From: a virus
Virus record (IMG/VR): IMGVR_UViG_3300022602_004810
Span: 23,068 to 87,067 of that record
Length of the DNA: 64,000 nt
Direction: 5' to 3' (one strand)
Under the pieces are notes generated by a model, which was not told where the DNA came from, did no database searches, and saw only the letters and a program-made list of their open reading frames with translations. The position numbers were made by a program, and so were the translations under genes. Shown piece after piece: positions 63,416 through 64,000 of the stretch. Positions within the stretch are counted from its first letter, which is position 1. The number at the start of each line of letters is the position of its first letter.

Positions 63416-64000
63416 TTATTTGAATGAGTATGTGTAGTTAACACCAACTGTATCGTATGTGCTATCACCACGTTCCATAGCATACTTAATACCTACAGCA
63501 TGCTCTGGAGTAATTGCGTATTTCGCACCAATTGAAGTTTCCCAAGTTTTGTAACCATAACCTGTATGGCCATCTAGGTTTTCATTGAATGGTGTACGTA
63601 GACGTTCTTGAACAAACGCAGTTAAGCCAGGCATAACTGTGTATTTTGCGCCTACATCAGCACGGTAGTAGATAAAGTTTGTAGTTGATTTATCTTTCTC
63701 ACCAACTGCTAGACCTGCGTATGGAGTAACACCATACCATGTACCGATATCTTTAACTGCGCCAATCTGTACTAGACCTTCATGTGCGCCGCCGTTAACA
63801 GTTTCATCTTCCATACGTCCTTCAACTTTTAAACCGTTACCAAAATCATGGCCTAAAGTAATACCATAAACTGTATGGTTGTTTGTTGAATTAACTTTGT
63901 CTTTGAAGTCAATTGATGGTGAAGCATAGTTATATGCTCCGTCAGCAAATGCTGTTGCTGATGCTACTGTTAATAATAAAGCTACTAAAAATTTACTCAT
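63416..64000 (-). CDS. Outer-membrane beta-barrel protein
   Basis: Sec signal peptide ending ATAFA, alternating amphipathic beta strands, C-terminal VNYTYSFK beta-signal. Confidence 0.8.
   Translation of the reverse strand: MSKFLVALLLTVASATAFADGAYNYASPSIDFKDKVNSTNNHTVYGITLGHDFGNGLKVEGRMEDETVNGGAHEGLVQIGAVKDIGTWYGVTPYAGLAVGEKDKSTTNFIYYRADVGAKYTVMPGLTAFVQERLRTPFNENLDGHTGYGYKTWETSIGAKYAITPEHAVGIKYAMERGDSTYDTVGVNYTYSFK

Noticed and set aside
1-64000. Genome-wide TAG reassignment (code 15)
   Set aside because: Conserved and very long genes are uninterrupted in code 11, and many genes end at TAG, some followed closely by TAA. Only one apparent internal TAG was found.

Overview
A gene-dense, AT-rich 64-kb segment of a large tailed dsDNA phage with T4-like/jumbo-phage organisation, read in genetic code 11. 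Most genes lie on the minus strand. The host is probably a Gram-negative proteobacterium (inferred from proteobacterial-type IscU/ErpA and an outer-membrane beta-barrel gene). In order, the window holds: a run of small paralogous ORFs with nucleotide-salvage enzymes (1-3.3 kb); nrdA/nrdB/glutaredoxin; an exonuclease; an iscU-erpA-radical SAM block; probable head/internal proteins; primase and helicase interleaved with radical SAM genes and a GIY-YIG endonuclease; a tail-fibre/lectin module including a 2011-aa repeat protein; a miniature DnaE-like gene, a clamp-loader-like subunit and a UvsW-like helicase; formate-tetrahydrofolate ligase; an early region of sigma70 promoter/small-gene cassettes; a ~14-kb nucleotide-sugar and glycosyltransferase locus; and a tRNA cluster with an HNH endonuclease. 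The most striking observation is an intact amber-suppressor tRNA (anticodon CUA, 62467-62540) just upstream of a gene whose SD-preceded ATG is followed by an in-frame TAG at codon 3 (62314-62316). A decayed second CUA tRNA lies across the HNH gene. The rest of the window is not recoded. All product calls come from motif recognition only; no database searches were run.
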